DNA of 64,000 nucleotides from the NCBI GenBank assembly GCA_949358305.1, contig OX442314.1, forward strand, positions 9,300,001 through 9,364,000, in the 5' to 3' direction. Source of the stretch: Strigamia acuminata (Eukaryota). Position 1 is the stretch's first letter. Each line of letters starts with the position of its first letter. The notes beneath the pieces are model-generated. The model searched no databases and had not been told where the DNA came from. It saw only the letters and a list, made by a program, of their open reading frames with translations. Shown one piece after another: positions 47,601 to 61,285 of the stretch. The translations under genes were made by a program, and so were the position numbers.

Positions 47601-50262
47601 ACATTTCAATCTGTATTGTACAGTTTTAATTGTTTATGATATGTTTTAATTTTTGAAAGGTGGCAAGACATATTGCTTTAGGACCAGTTGTAATTGCCAA
47701 ATACCAGGCATCTGTTATTATTGCTATTATGGGTTCCTTATATCCAATAATGAGGGTGAGGATGATATAACATGTGAACAGTGAACTTAATCTCAATTGC
47801 TTTGCAGTTTGTTTATACTTATTCAGTCAACAAAGGCATAGCCAACTATATCGGTTTCTTCGGTCTCTCATATTTGGCGCCAGCTTTCTGTTTAACCATT
47901 GGTGAACGGCTTTGCATGACATTTTTTAATTACTTTTTGGGCTATAGTCCTGAACCGTTTGGGGTAAGAGAAATGTATTAGAATAATCTGGTATAAAAAC
48001 ATTTTCTAATTACTATGGTATTAATATTTCAGCATAGAATCAGTATGACTGTCAGTGATGTTACTGGTGGGACTTCATTTAAATGCCTAATTCATTTGTT
48101 GCAGGTAATGTTTTAATTCAATCAATTCTATTGAAAGAAATTGAGGTTATTAAACAAAAACTATGTCAACAGCTGTAACTATTGTATTGGGTTGAATCTC
48201 CTCAGATAAAGAAATTGCATATGTGCTGCATATCTACGCTGAGTAGCTAAACCTAAATGGGAAAACCAATGTTGGTTAGGTCAGGTTAAAAATGCTTCTG
48301 TCCCGGGCCGGATTTAGGTATTGCAGACGCAATAGGTGACGATAATCGATCAATTTTGGCCCAAAATAATTCGGTTTTCTTCACTTAAACAATAACAGAA
48401 ATTATTCCGAAATCTTATCTCTACTTCTACTTACAAACTGCATGACGACAAACAATTTGGGCAATTCTTCTGACTGTGGTCAGAAGAATTCCTTAAGCTG
48501 AACTGACGACGTGGCGACTTCATGCAATTTGGGACTTTTCTCGGCTTGGGCAGCACAATGAACTCCATAGGAGGCTACGATAATGTCAACTTTTGGCTTC
48601 TACTTCATCGGCACTTGACAAGCTCAAGGTTAGGCTGTGGTGTTAGCTCAATTCAGTTCTGACTGAACAAAGAATAACTCTCACAACAAAGAATATTTGT
48701 AGCAAAAAAGCTTCCACTAATTATAAAAAGGAGTCCAAATTATTGGCAAAGTAGTCACAAATTACTGCGGTGAATTTTGTGTTTCTAGGAGCAATTTCTG
48801 GGTGACTTTCATGACAATGGTTTAGTTTAGACTGCCTTCTCAATCTCAGACAGGATATGCATCCTGTTGAGACAGGATATGCATCCTGTTGAGACAGGAT
48901 ATGCTTCCTGTTGAGACATAAGGGCTTGTAGGCCTATTGCCCTGGCAACGACCTAATTGTTCATAAAAACCTATTTTTTTGGACAAAATAAAAGATAATA
49001 AACAGAAATAATTCTGATAAAATAAAATATATATTCCCAATAAATATTCTGATTTTTAGTTTCACCCTGGTGACTACCAAGTCACCATAAAATACATATT
49101 ACATTTCCGATTTAAATACATTGTGGCTTTGGGTTATATAACTTAAATTCCAGGAAAAAGAAGCCTCTGGAATGATTCCTCAAAAATGTAAACATATGCC
49201 ACAAAAGCATTTTTTTATTGCTTTCACTTCCTTGTTTGTGGCATATATGGAAATTTTATGCTTTCCACTCTGTGCAACACATCAAAAACAAACAATTTAT
49301 CTGTTTCTTGCTTATTTCTGTAAGTTTACTGAATTGGAAGGTTGGTTTTAAAATTTTCCTGGACAACCTGTAGACCTGAAGTCACAGTAATAGCCGAACC
49401 TAACCTAACCCACCAAGCTCGTGGAAAGTGATAAAACATAAACTTGGCAGCAAATGGCTCCAAAACACGTAGGTGGCTTTTGCGCCTTTGCTCCCATACA
49501 TGCCAGGTGTATAACATACGGGTTAATAGTGTTGTTTTGTGTTTTCCTTATTTCTTTGTTCAATTTATTTCCAAAAGTGAAGGCTGTCAAAATGATTTTA
49601 AATTGCTTTTCCTTATATTTTCTCTTAAATCCTTCCTTTTTGGAATTAACTTATCCTGAGGATAATGCAGGATAAAGAAATTAATAGACGATTTAGATTT
49701 TCTCAGTTGTGGGAAAATTCTATAAATTGTAATTACCGAAACATATGGAAAACGTTTCATTTGTCACACTTTTGTGGTGTTTTTTCTGGCAGATACGTTA
49801 AAAAAAACCCGCAACCTCTAATACCGCGCGATTAGAAAATATATACGGCAACTAATTTGTTTGCATTATTACTTTTAGCAAGTAGTTTCCCCAGGGATGA
49901 AGCGCTTTGATTATGGCAGAACTGAAAATCTAAAAAGATATGGAACAGTAAGTGTTTTAAGATATTCACAATGGTGTTGATGTGTTTTATAAAATTGGCA
50001 TAATATTTTCTATAAGGTAACACCACCATCTTTCAACCTTAGTAATGTCGCTGTCCCCAGCTCCTTCGTTTACGGTGCTAATGATCCAGGAGCAAATGGA
50101 ATCAATATTGAACTGGTCGCAAGACAAATGAAAGATGCCAGAAAAGTATTAATGAATTATACAATGTTTAATCATGCTTCTTTTGTCTGGTCGGTGGACC
50201 CAGTACTTAAACAACAAATCAATGAACAACTACATGAAAATGCCAAAATGATTACAATATGA
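44653..50262 (+). CDS. Acid-lipase-family protein, copy 4 (9 exons)
   Basis: MKVLSLLLLAVFIPCS; motifs GYPVESHVTKTKDGYIL, ILPGLACSA, GYDIWLGNHRG, SFSMS, GGTSFKCLIHLLQ, RFDYG, ANDP, NHASF. Stop TGA at 50260-50262. Confidence 0.85.
44849..45332. mobile_element. Non-autonomous TIR element (AT-flanked, possibly ISL2EU/PIF group); a relative lies at 54424-54916
   Basis: TIRs GAGTTTGCGGACATGC / GCATGTCCGCAAACTC. Confidence 0.8.
45372..45876. mobile_element. MITE with a nested palindromic mini-element of about 78 bp (45723-45799); a second copy at about 60184-60826 has a different nested element (about 60317-60543)
   Basis: TIRs CTCTTGTTGAAGTCAAAAAGGCCC / GGGCCTTTTTGAGTTCAACAAG. The interior is shared with the 60.2-60.8 kb copy. 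Confidence 0.8.
48164..49089 (-). mobile_element. Possible solo LTR (element C) in an intron of lipase copy 4
   Basis: Its minus-strand start T(A)TGGTGACTTGGTAGTCACCA resembles the starts of LTRs A and B. It shares CCCTGGCAAC and CAGGAT..TCCTG motifs with LTR A. No TSD found and the left boundary is uncertain. Confidence 0.4.
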
Positions 50263-50399
50263 ATAAATTGTTAATTCTAAAACATTTCCTGTAAAACTCG
50301 CATGAGCACATAAATAAAAATTAATTCTAGTACTTATTGTTTTTTAGCACTTGGCTTAAACTTAAAATATATTTAGGCCAATTCCCATCAGGCCACAAA

Positions 50400-50750
50400 G
50401 CAGGGGACTAGATATTCCCACCAAACCCTCTAGGCACAGCCCCAGATTTCCCATAAGACCACAAGTCATTGACCTAGAATTTCTACTAAGCCCTTTAGGC
50501 ATAAGCCTAGATTTTTAACCTCCCTCAAAGCTTGGGCCTAGATCTCCCACTAGGCCTCTAGGCGTAGGCCTAGATTTCCCACCAGGCCTCTAGGTGTAAG
50601 CCTAGATTTCCCACTAGGCCTCTAGGTGTAGGCCTAGATTTCCCACCAGGCTTCTAGACATATCTAGGTGAAGATTTCCCACTAGGCTTCTAGGCATATC
50701 TAGGTGAAGATTTCTCAGCAAGCTATCTAGGCGCAGGCCTAGATTTCCTG
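50400..50750. repeat. Degenerate minisatellite of about 32 bp (GGCCTAGATTTCCCACTAGGCCTCTAGGTGTA)
   Basis: About ten units between lipase copies 4 and 5. Confidence 0.85.
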
Positions 50751-51264
50751 CCATAACAAACCAGCAAAGAAACTAATAGATGCCGAAGCCAGTATTACGG
50801 ATTAAATTTAACATAACAGTTTAAATTTAAGGTGGGGGACCTAACATATTTTTGCAGGGAAATTGAAAATTTGAAGTTCTGCTGGATAAATATTTGCTAG
50901 AAGAATAGTGACAGCATTTCATTTAGCATTTTAAGCATGTTGCACAAACTCTATAATATTATTAATAAAACATTTTCTTGACTTTGATGTGTAAATTTTA
51001 ATTTTTCACCTGGTGAAATTGCCACTCCACCCATCCCAGGAATTTACCACTGAATAGAATATATATGTATAGCATTGCATAAAAGTTTCAAAACACCTGC
51101 AAATAAAATGGAATTTCCAATACCAACTTTTCTTTGAAACACTGTTCCAAATAAAACAAAAGGAAAATAATGTTGATTTTGTGATAACTTTTTATTAATT
51201 TATACAAAACCTTAATGAACTTTAGAAAAGAACCTCAATTTGATCATTTATCCAAGTTGGAATC

Positions 51265-53663
51265 ATGCATTTTCTCTCTCTCTTCTGCCTAACTTCAATT
51301 CTTTTAGTCTCCTCTATTTCAACTTCGTCAGAACAAAAAACACATTTCAACCAGTTGACCAAAATAATTGATGAGTACGAGGACACAATCGGAGGCACAG
51401 TATAAATACATCAGAAATTTAAAGTAGGTGTATGTACATCTGTAATTGTATCTATTTCTTACTCAGCTTGAACATATTGAAGAACTAGGATACCCGGTCG
51501 AAAACCATGAAGTAAAAACTGTAGATGGATTCATCATATCAGTTCATAGAATTCACCATAAGTTTGCAAGAGGCAAACCACTTCTTATACTTCCAGGCAT
51601 ATCTTGTTCAGCCATGATTTATGTTAGATGGTCTAACAGTATAGGTAAACTATCTGACCACCACAACTTGGCCTTTTACCAGTGCCGGATTAAACTCAGT
51701 GGAAGTCCCTAGGTAGTCAAAATATCAGAGTCCCCTTGCAAATAATTTACTACAGTCGAGCCTCGTTATAACGAATCGCAAGGAAACGTAGAAATCCGTT
51801 CGTTATAAAAAAAGTTCGTTATATCAAATATTTTTAGCATGGTGTTCTATGGACTGAAAAAAAAATCAGATTTACTCACTTGTAAAGAATTGTAAATACA
51901 TAGGTAGATGGATTTTACAAGTTTGTAAATTAGATTAACAAAAAATTGAAAATAAGTCTTTTCCAAACATATTTACAAAAGGCAATGCCTCACATAAATG
52001 TATCTTTAGGTCCCTAACTTAGTTTAGCCCTTCCTGCCGGCACTGCTTTTAATAAAGACAAACTTGTGGTATTGGGTCAAATGAATAACAGGAAAATACA
52101 CCAATTTTCCTGCTATTCATTTGACCCAATTTATTGAATAGCTCCATTTCTGGCTGATCAGGGATATGATGTCTGGTTGGGAAATAGTCGAGGTGATGTC
52201 CGCTATAGTAAGCACGTCAAATACACACTCCATGATTCAGAATTTTGGAACTTCAGGTAAATTATTTCTACTCTAAATTTCAGAACTAACCATCCAAGCC
52301 TGCCAATGTGGCAGCAACTAACCTTAAAATTTAGTCAGCCAATGGTAGATAAAGATCTTCTTGGGCCTCTGGGACCCCTAGGCACAGGTTATTTGGCTTA
52401 GGGACCCCCAGGGCATGTGCTAAATGTGTCTAATGGGTAATCCATCAGCTGGGGGAGTTTTATAATTGAATTCCTCTCATTATTTACAGTTGGGAGGAAC
52501 TGGGCTATTATGACACTCCAGCCATAATTGACCATGTTTTAAACAGCACCAATCACAAACAACTGATTCTTATTTCATACTCCTTATCAAGCATATCATC
52601 TTTAGCACTTCTCAGTGTTAAACCAGAATACAATGACAAAGTAATGAAATTGAAAAAAAAATTAAAATAAATTAATTGAACTATTTTTTTTGCTTTTTTC
52701 TAGCTAGACATACATATTGCATTAGCTCCAATGACAACTATACCTTACCAGGTATCAGTAGTAATGTCTCTGTTTATGACACACTATGAAAGCATCCAGG
52801 TGTAAAGAATACTGCTTGTACACCTTTCTAGGGGTGTACTTTGTGTTAAGCTAAATCCTTTTATACTTATATTTTGTTTTTAAGGCTTGGTATGATGCAC
52901 TTGTTGATAAAGGAAAAGCAACCCATCTATTTATGAATAAGAAGGCAATGCACTTTTGGCCTGCAATGTGTTTATCATTTGGTTACAGGATTTGCAAATT
53001 TGGTATGGCTCTCTTTTTAGGATTTGCTCCAGGATTCTATGATGTAAACCAGAGACATTCAAATTGTAGATGAAAAGATTAATGAATGAATTTTGTTATT
53101 TCAAGGAAAATATTGGGATTGTTACTTATGATATCAGCAGTGGAGTTTCAATTAAGACATTTTTACACATTCTACAGGTATTCATTATTTTCCATTGCCA
53201 GAAAATCTAAAACGAAAATTTAAATGAAAATAAATCAAATCAAATGTGCCTTGTACATTTTGTTTGCAGCAAATAAAATTTAAAGAAATGAGACGTTATA
53301 GTTATGGTGAAGATGAGAATAAAAAAAGATATGGATCAGTATGTATAGTATTTTAGTTCTTGATTGATTTATTGATTTATTGATTTATCTATTCAGAAAT
53401 TACCTCCTGCTTTCAACATGAGTCAAGTTAGTTCTCCTACAGTACTTATCTCTGGAATCAGTGATCCTGGAAGCCACACACTCAATGCTGAACTGTTATT
53501 CAGAAAAATGCCAAAAGCCAAAAAAGTGACGTTAAAAATGACCATGTTCACTCATGCTGATTTTGTTTGGTCAACAAACCCAACTATTAGAGATTACATC
53601 AATCAAGTACTCTTGGAAAATATTAACACAGAAAACTTTAATCCAAACAACAATAGCAATTAA
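51265..53663 (+). CDS. Acid-lipase-family protein, copy 5 (9 exons)
   Basis: MHFLSLFCLTSILLVSSIS; motifs GYPVENHEVKTVDGFII, ILPGISCSA, GYDVWLGNSRG, SYSLS, GVSIKTFLHILQ, ISDP, THADF. Confidence 0.85.
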
Positions 53664-53891
53664 AAATGTTGAATTAAAAAATGATGTGCTGTTTATTGAC
53701 ATGTGTACATCACTTTGTTTTAGTATACAAGTATTAAAAAAAACAAAAATAGTAATAAAAATGCTCACGATTGATTACCAACTGACTTCTGGACACCAGA
53801 CGCTGGAAGCAATTAAAATACTCATCTAAATCTATAAATGACTATAAATTCATGCAGTCTTCAAACCCAGTTATTGAAAATAAGATTCAGG

Positions 53892-56800
53892 ATGGCGTTT
53901 TCTCAAATGCTAAAAACATTTATTTTAATTAATCTAACTAAAAGCTGTTTTCAATATCAAAGTGAGAGTGAAACAGGAACTAAACTATTCAAGTTTGACA
54001 TATACAAGCAAATAATTGCAAAAACTGTAAGTAATGTTTCACTCAATCCATGTTTCAATCTAAGATTACCTTAACTATAGATTCCACACATTAGAAGCTT
54101 TGGATACAATGCTCGAAGTCACAAAGTGTACACCAGAGATGGTTACATTCTCACAATGCAAAGAATATTGCCACCTGTACAAAACAGTGTCCCTGTGTTA
54201 CTACTTCCTGGCGGATCTTGCGCGCCAATGACTTATGTAGAACACAAACATGCTATAGGTATTTAAGTATGGTAGAAGTACAAATTAGCTCATCACTAGA
54301 CTGGCAAGCTCTCTACTGCTGTTGTGGATTTCATGTTGGATTATTGATGTGTAGTACAGTGGTTCCCAAACTTTTTTGGTTCACAACAAGCGGTATAATT
54401 GCAATATCGCAACACATGGCAATAGAGAGTTTGCGGGATGCATTTTTTCCTTATTTTGCTCCACGATACACTATTTTAGTGCCATATCGTAAGGGAAAAA
54501 TCTTTAGTGTATCGTTTTCAACAATAAATTAAAATATAGCGCAGCCAATCAGAATTGAGAACATTATATTGTTAGCTCCGCCCATTGCAAATGGCGATTA
54601 TTTTGTTGTCCCAATCAAACACATCATAGTCATAGGTACGTAGATTGAATGATAAGTGAGGCCCAAAATTGAATTTTAGGCCCAAAACCATATTTTATAA
54701 GCATAATAATGGAATTTTATGCAGAAATTTGCACATTTACGCCCCCAAATTGAATTTTTAGGCCCAAAATTACTAACTGTCAGTAGTTGGCTGAAATAGT
54801 GTAGTGATAAGGGAAAAGTGCAGCCCGCAAAAACTTAATTTATCATTTTCCCTTACACTATTTTTATACCGTATAGTCTTTAACTGTAAGGGAAAAATGC
54901 ATCCCGCAAACTCTCTAATGTCGCAACATACAACAATATCGCAACATATGGCAATATCGCAACTTGTCGCAATGTCACAACATATCGCAATATTGCAACA
55001 TATCGCATTTTAAAATAGCGAGATTACAACAACTTCCCCTGGTGGTGGAGACCCTCATTCGGGAGTTGCAAGTTGGATCAAGGTGACACAAAACATATAG
55101 AACATACCGGTATACCAGTCTTGGTGCCCCTGTAAGTTAGTCCAGCGTCATTGTAGGTCCACCATGGCGCACAGTTTGGAAACCACTGGTCTAGTAGTTG
55201 GAATCCTCCAGTGGTTTTTATGTATTACGAGTAATTCTTTCTTTTTAATAACAAATAGGTTTTAAAGTAGCAGACAATGGATATGACGTGTGGTTGGGGA
55301 ATTTTCGAGGTAACATGCAATACAGTCGCCATGTTAATCTTTCAATATTCAGTCAAAAGTTTTGGGATTTCAGGTAAATTTCGGTTCATCAAAAGAATTG
55401 AAATTGTGCCACACATCTATTGCACATGACATCATTGATAAAAATCATTTCTTACAGTTGGGATGATCAAGGATATTACGACATTCGCACAATGATCGAC
55501 TTTATTCTACAGACCACCGGCTATGAGAAACTAATACTAATTAGTTATTCTTTGTCAGGAGCTTCTGTATTTGCATTGCAATCAACAAATCCTGAATACA
55601 ACAACAAGGTAAATCACTAAGAATGAGTTCTTAGTGTAAATGAGGCTAATCTTTATTATTTTCTCTAACACAGATAGTAGGTCACATAGCATTAGCCCCA
55701 GTTATGACACTTCGCTACATGCCCAGTATACCTGCTCGTTTTGGACATAATCTTAAATTTAAGGTAACAACAATATAAAGAACATTTCTCAAATTTATTG
55801 TAATTTGTTGATCTTATTTTGACTACAGATATCTACAGGTTCACTTGCAATACCACACGCCATATTGTTACCCGGTTTTGTATTTTTAAAACTTGTAGGG
55901 ACAATAGTTTGCTTCATTTCTCCTTTGTGCTCCTACGTTCTCAAAATATTAGGCGGCTTTAACCCTTATCTTCAGTGGGTGAGGATTGATTATACAATCT
56001 GCAATGGCGACCTAAAAGATAACCTAGCAATAACATTGATCTCCTCTTACTATTTTTCCTGTCTAATTAAGTAAATTTTCTTTTATGGCATTATCATTGG
56101 TCGCCATAGATAAGTTCTATTGTACCGGCCCAACAGTGCAAGGAGGGTTACTATTGTCGGGCCGGTTTTATTTGGTTCTATGTGATTTTTATTGTACAAT
56201 TGTTTTTAAATTATAGGGTCAAAGTGCATTGATTACTGGCCATATAGCAGGAGGTCTGTCAGGGAAAGCATTTCAACACCTAGCTCAAGTAACTTCAAAG
56301 CTAGTTGTATTAATTATTACAATTTAGTAGACTGTCAAGCAATTTCTGCCTCCAATTTTACAGATGATTCACTCAGACCCACAACACTTTGATTATGGAA
56401 ACACTTCTAATATACAAGTTTATGGAACGGTGTGTAAATATCCAAGCACCTGCACCTACAGTAAACTTCCTCAAGACTATAGTTACTCACGTAACTTAAA
56501 TAAATCGAAATGTTCTCAAAACTTATCTTGAAGGACGTATGGAGTCGGATTTAGTTCGAAATTGTTGCAGACACAAAAAGCACACGATGTGTTGGTTACA
56601 TTTACAAAGAATAACTGAAATTTTTATTCATTGTGTTGAATTACAATAGAAATGGGGATTAAAACCCCTTATTTCTCGGAAAGGATTAACGTGGGTCACG
56701 GATAAGTTTACTCCCGCACCACAGTGGTAAGATACATAACTAAAATGGTTCCTTTTGGAAACCACCAGTTTCCACAAAGACCGGCAAAACTCCATCAGGG

Positions 56801-57232
56801 AGTATCAAAGACTCCCTCTAAATTCTAGACCGGACACTTTCAAAATGGATTTATTTCAATTGTATTATGAAATGCATTATTTACTGTACAAATAATATAC
56901 TTAATTAAGTGAACCATATGGGTTGTTATGAGTTAATTGTACGGTAACTATCCAACGTAATTATTTTTCAGGATACACCTCCAGCCTTCAACTTGAGCCT
57001 AGTCACGGCACCAACAATAATATTTGCTGGGGCTAATGATGCAATTGCAAATCCATTGGATACAGAGATTATAATTAGATTAATCAAAGCAGCACAAAGG
57101 GAAGTTATCAGTGAACCAAGATTCAATCATATAGAATTCATTTTAACCCCGCCTGCACCATATTTCGATGAAACTTTACAAAAAATACTCCAACATGTGG
57201 ATAACTTTGCTACAATGATTTCCCAACATTAA
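53892..57232 (+). CDS. Acid-lipase-family protein, copy 6 (9 exons; start codon uncertain among 53838, 53892 and 53907)
   Basis: Motifs GYNARSHKVYTRDGYILTMQRI, LLPGGSCAP, GYDVWLGNFRGN, SYSLS, HFDYG, ANDA, NHIEF. Confidence 0.85.
54357..55188. mobile_element. hAT-type element in intron 2 of copy 6; the same insertion is in copy 7 at 58107-58874
   Basis: CAGTGGTTCCCAAAC / GTTTGGAAACCACTG with TSD GTGTAGTA / GTCTAGTA (one mismatch). The two copies have different interiors. Confidence 0.8.
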
Positions 57233-57655
57233 CTATCTGTACAATTTTCCCCTTAAATGAAACAACTGAACAATGAAGGCGTACCGGTATTATATATGTA
57301 TCTGATCAACCGGAAATAGTGCTTGTGAAGAGAGACTGCATCGATAGTTGAAGATATACAATCAAGTACTCTTAGAAAACATTAATACAGAACATTTTAA
57401 TCCAAACAACAATAACAATTAAAAATGTTGAATTGAAAAATGATGTGCTGTTCATTCACATGTGTACATCACTTCGTTTTTGTATACAGGTACTGTATTA
57501 AAAAAAACAAAAACAGTAATAAAAATGCTCAATCTTGATTACCATCTGACATCTGGATACCAGACGCTGAAAGCAATTAATATATTCATCTAAATCTATA
57601 AATGATTATAAATTCATGCAGTCTTCACACCCAGTTATTGAAAATAGGATTCAGG

Positions 57656-60600
57656 ATGCAGTTGTCTCAAATGCTAAAAACATTTATTTTAATTAATCTA
57701 TCTAAAAGCTGTTTTCAATATCAAAGTGAGAGTGATACTGGAACTAAACTATTCAAGTTTGACATATACAAGCAAATAATTGCAAAAACTGTAAGTAATG
57801 ATTCACTCAATCCATGTTTCAATCTAAGATTACCTTAACTGTAGATTCCACACATTAGAAGTTTTGGATACAACGCTCGAAGTCACAAAGTGTACACCAG
57901 AGATGGTTACATTCTCACAATGCAGAGAATATTGCCAACTGTACAAAAGAGTGTTCCTGTGTTACTACTTCCCGGCGGATCTTGCGCACCAATAACTTTT
58001 GTAGAACACAAAAATGCTATAGGTATATTTACTTATGGTAGAAGTACAAATTGGCTTGCTCTCTACTGCTGGTGTGGATTTTGTGTTGGATTATTAATGT
58101 GTAGTACAGTGGTTCCCAAACCTTTTTTGGTTCACGGCGCCCGTGCATACCACTTGTGAGAGTTGACGAGCGTCATTCGCGCATTAGAGTGTCCAAACAG
58201 CGTTGGACACACATCACGTTGATAGGATTGGGTAAAAGATACTGTGTTTATGGTTTTAAGGCCTTTATTCAGTGTCTAGGGGTCAGAATCTCATGCCTCT
58301 CCTATTGCTATCGCTGCATTGCTGCAGCAGACCTGCGACCACATGCGACACATATGGTTAGGGTTGACCAGTAGTTCAGCGTGGTCAGACAGCTGTTCAT
58401 TCAGCCCATGGATCGCTCACGGTACTGGGACTGACAGACCAGTCAAGTCCCTAAGCATCATCACGGTGAACAAGACTGGAGATCAGCAAGGTGTGAACCA
58501 GAGCTGTTCCTAAGTAACTCTGGGCTCTCAATAGGATGTTGGTTCTTATTCAGGGTGGAAGAAAAGGCTGTTCCCCTCTAAATACTTCCTGAGCAATTGC
58601 ATCTAGGCCAACTTTGATGAAGCAATCGTATAGGAAGTTGGGTGTGAGCAATCCAATGATGTCATCAAATTTGATCTTGAAGGCCATTTTCAAGGTCATT
58701 CACTTGCTAACTTTTAAACCAATCAGGTTAGAGAAAAATTTTCAATGAGAAAGTTGTAGAGCACCATCAAATTAGTACTATCCAATTTATCTTAGTCATC
58801 TTAAGTCTTGGCGCCCCTGCAAGTTAGCCCAGCGTCACTGTAAGCCCACCATGCGCACAGTTTGGAAACCATTAGTCTAGTAGTTGGAATCCTCTTTTGA
58901 GAACTTCCAGTGGTTTTTATGTATTAATTCTTTCTTTTTAATAACAAATAGGTTTTAAAGTAGCAGACAAGGGATATGACGTGTGGTTGGGGAATTTTCG
59001 AGGGAACATGCAATACAGTCGCCATGTTAATCTTTCAATATTCAGTCAAAAGTTTTGGGATTTCAGGTAAATTTCGGTTCATCAAAAGAATTGAATATGT
59101 ACCACACATCAATTGCACATGACATCATTGATAAAAATTATTTCTTACAGTTGGGATGATCAAGGATATTACGACATTCCCACAATGATCGACTTTATTC
59201 TACAGACCACCGGTTATGAGAAACTAATACTAATTAGTTATTCTATGGCAGGAGCTTCTGTATTTGCATTGCAATCAACAAATCCTGAATACAACAACAA
59301 GGTAAATCACTAACAATGAGTTGATAGACTGATGTTTGTGAGTGTAACCGAGGCTATATCTTTATTCTTTTCTCTAACACAGGTAGTAGGTCACATAGCA
59401 TTAGCCCCAATGATGACACTTCGCTACATTTCCAGTGTACTTGCTCGTTTAGCACATAATCTTAAATTTAAGGTAACCATATAAAGAACATTTCTCAAAT
59501 TTATTGTAATTTGTTGATCTTATTGTGACAACAGATATTTACAGGTTCACTTGCAGTATCACATGCCATATTGTTACCCACTTTTGTATTTGTAAAACTT
59601 GTATGGACTATAGTTTGCATCATTTCTCCTTTGTGCTCCTACTTCCTCAAAATGTTGGACGGTTTCAACCCTTATCTTCAGTGGGTGAGGATTGATTATA
59701 CAATCTGCAATGGCGACCACTTGCCTAAAAAACAACCTAGCACTAACATTGATCTCCTCTTACTATTTTTTCTGTCTAATTAAGTAAATTTTCTTTTATG
59801 GCATTATCATTGGTCGCCATAGATAAGTTCCATTGTACCGGCCCAACAATGCAAAGAGGGTTACTATTGTCTGGCCGGTTATATTTGGGCCACCCGGTAT
59901 TATGATTTTTATTGTACAATTGTTTTTAAATCATAGGGTCCAAGTGCATTGATTGTTGGTCATGCAGCAGGAGGTCAGTCAGGGAAGGCAATACAACACC
60001 TATTTCAAGTAAGTTTAAAGCTTATTAGAATTTAGTTGTAGTAGACTACGAAGAGGTTGACAAACTATTTCTGCTCCAATTTTACAGATGATTGACTCAG
60101 ACCCACAACACTTTGATTATGGAAAGATTTCTAATATACAAGTGTATGGAACGGTATGTAAACATCCAAGCAACCTGCAACTATACTCTTGTTCGAGTCA
60201 AAAAGAGCCCTAAATCCCATTGGCCGAGCCATTTCACTTGTGTAGTGATTCAAAAAAAATAGACCCAAACATCAGAATTGCATTACCATGTACAGACATT
60301 GTAATCGATTACCTATACTCTGGCCATGTGTAAGTTGAGCCTAAATCCGAGCTTTTTCTCTGGTGTAGTGATACAAGAAAATAAATCCAAACACCAGGAT
60401 TGCAACCGATCTACTGAAATAGTAAGCGAACGTTCTAAGATTTCTGGAAGAAGCAAGCAATAAACTCTGAACTATTTTTCCTGGTGGCAGCACAGAGTGA
60501 GTTATGAGGCTCGGATTTAGGCTCAACTTACACATGGCCAGAGTATATTGTTAGGAAATTGTTTGCTTTCCAGACAAAGCAACCAATAAACAGAACAAAC

Positions 60601-61285
60601 ATGAGTTTTACATTTACATTGTTATTATTATTATTATTATTTCATAAATGGAAAGAACATTTTAATAAGAAAAATCAAAATTATATTAACTTAAATGGTC
60701 ATAACAATCACAAAAATAAATAAAAATCAAAACTACTTCTCTTAGTGATAGTATACAGTCTGGAGTTAGTAGTAATGAGGCTCGACCAATGGGATTTAGG
60801 GCTCTTTTTGACTCGAACAAGAGGATATAGTAAACTCCCTCATGACCGGGCAAAACTCTATCCGGTAGTACGAAAGACTCCATCTAAATTCTAGACCGCG
60901 CACTTTCAAAATGGATTTTTTTTATATTATATTATGAAATGCATTATCTACTGTAGAAATAATATACTTAATTAAGTGAACCATAAGGGTTGTTATGAGC
61001 TAACTATACATAATTATTTTTCAGGATACACCTCCAGCCTTCAACTTGAGCCTAGTCACTGCACCAACAATAATATTTGCTGGAGCTAATGATGCAGTGG
61101 CAAATCCATTGGATACAGAGATTCTAAGTAGATTAATAAAACCAGCACAAAGGGAAGTTATCAGTGATCCAAGATTCAATCATTTAGATTACATTTTAAA
61201 CCCGCCACCACCATATTTTAATGAAACTTTACAAAAAATACTCCAACATGTGGATAACTTTGCAACAATGATTTCCAAACAATAA
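57656..61285 (+). CDS. Acid-lipase-family protein, copy 7, a recent duplicate of copy 6
   Basis: Exons and short introns align with copy 6. Motifs LLPGGSCAP, SYSMA, ANDA, NHLDY. Confidence 0.85.
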
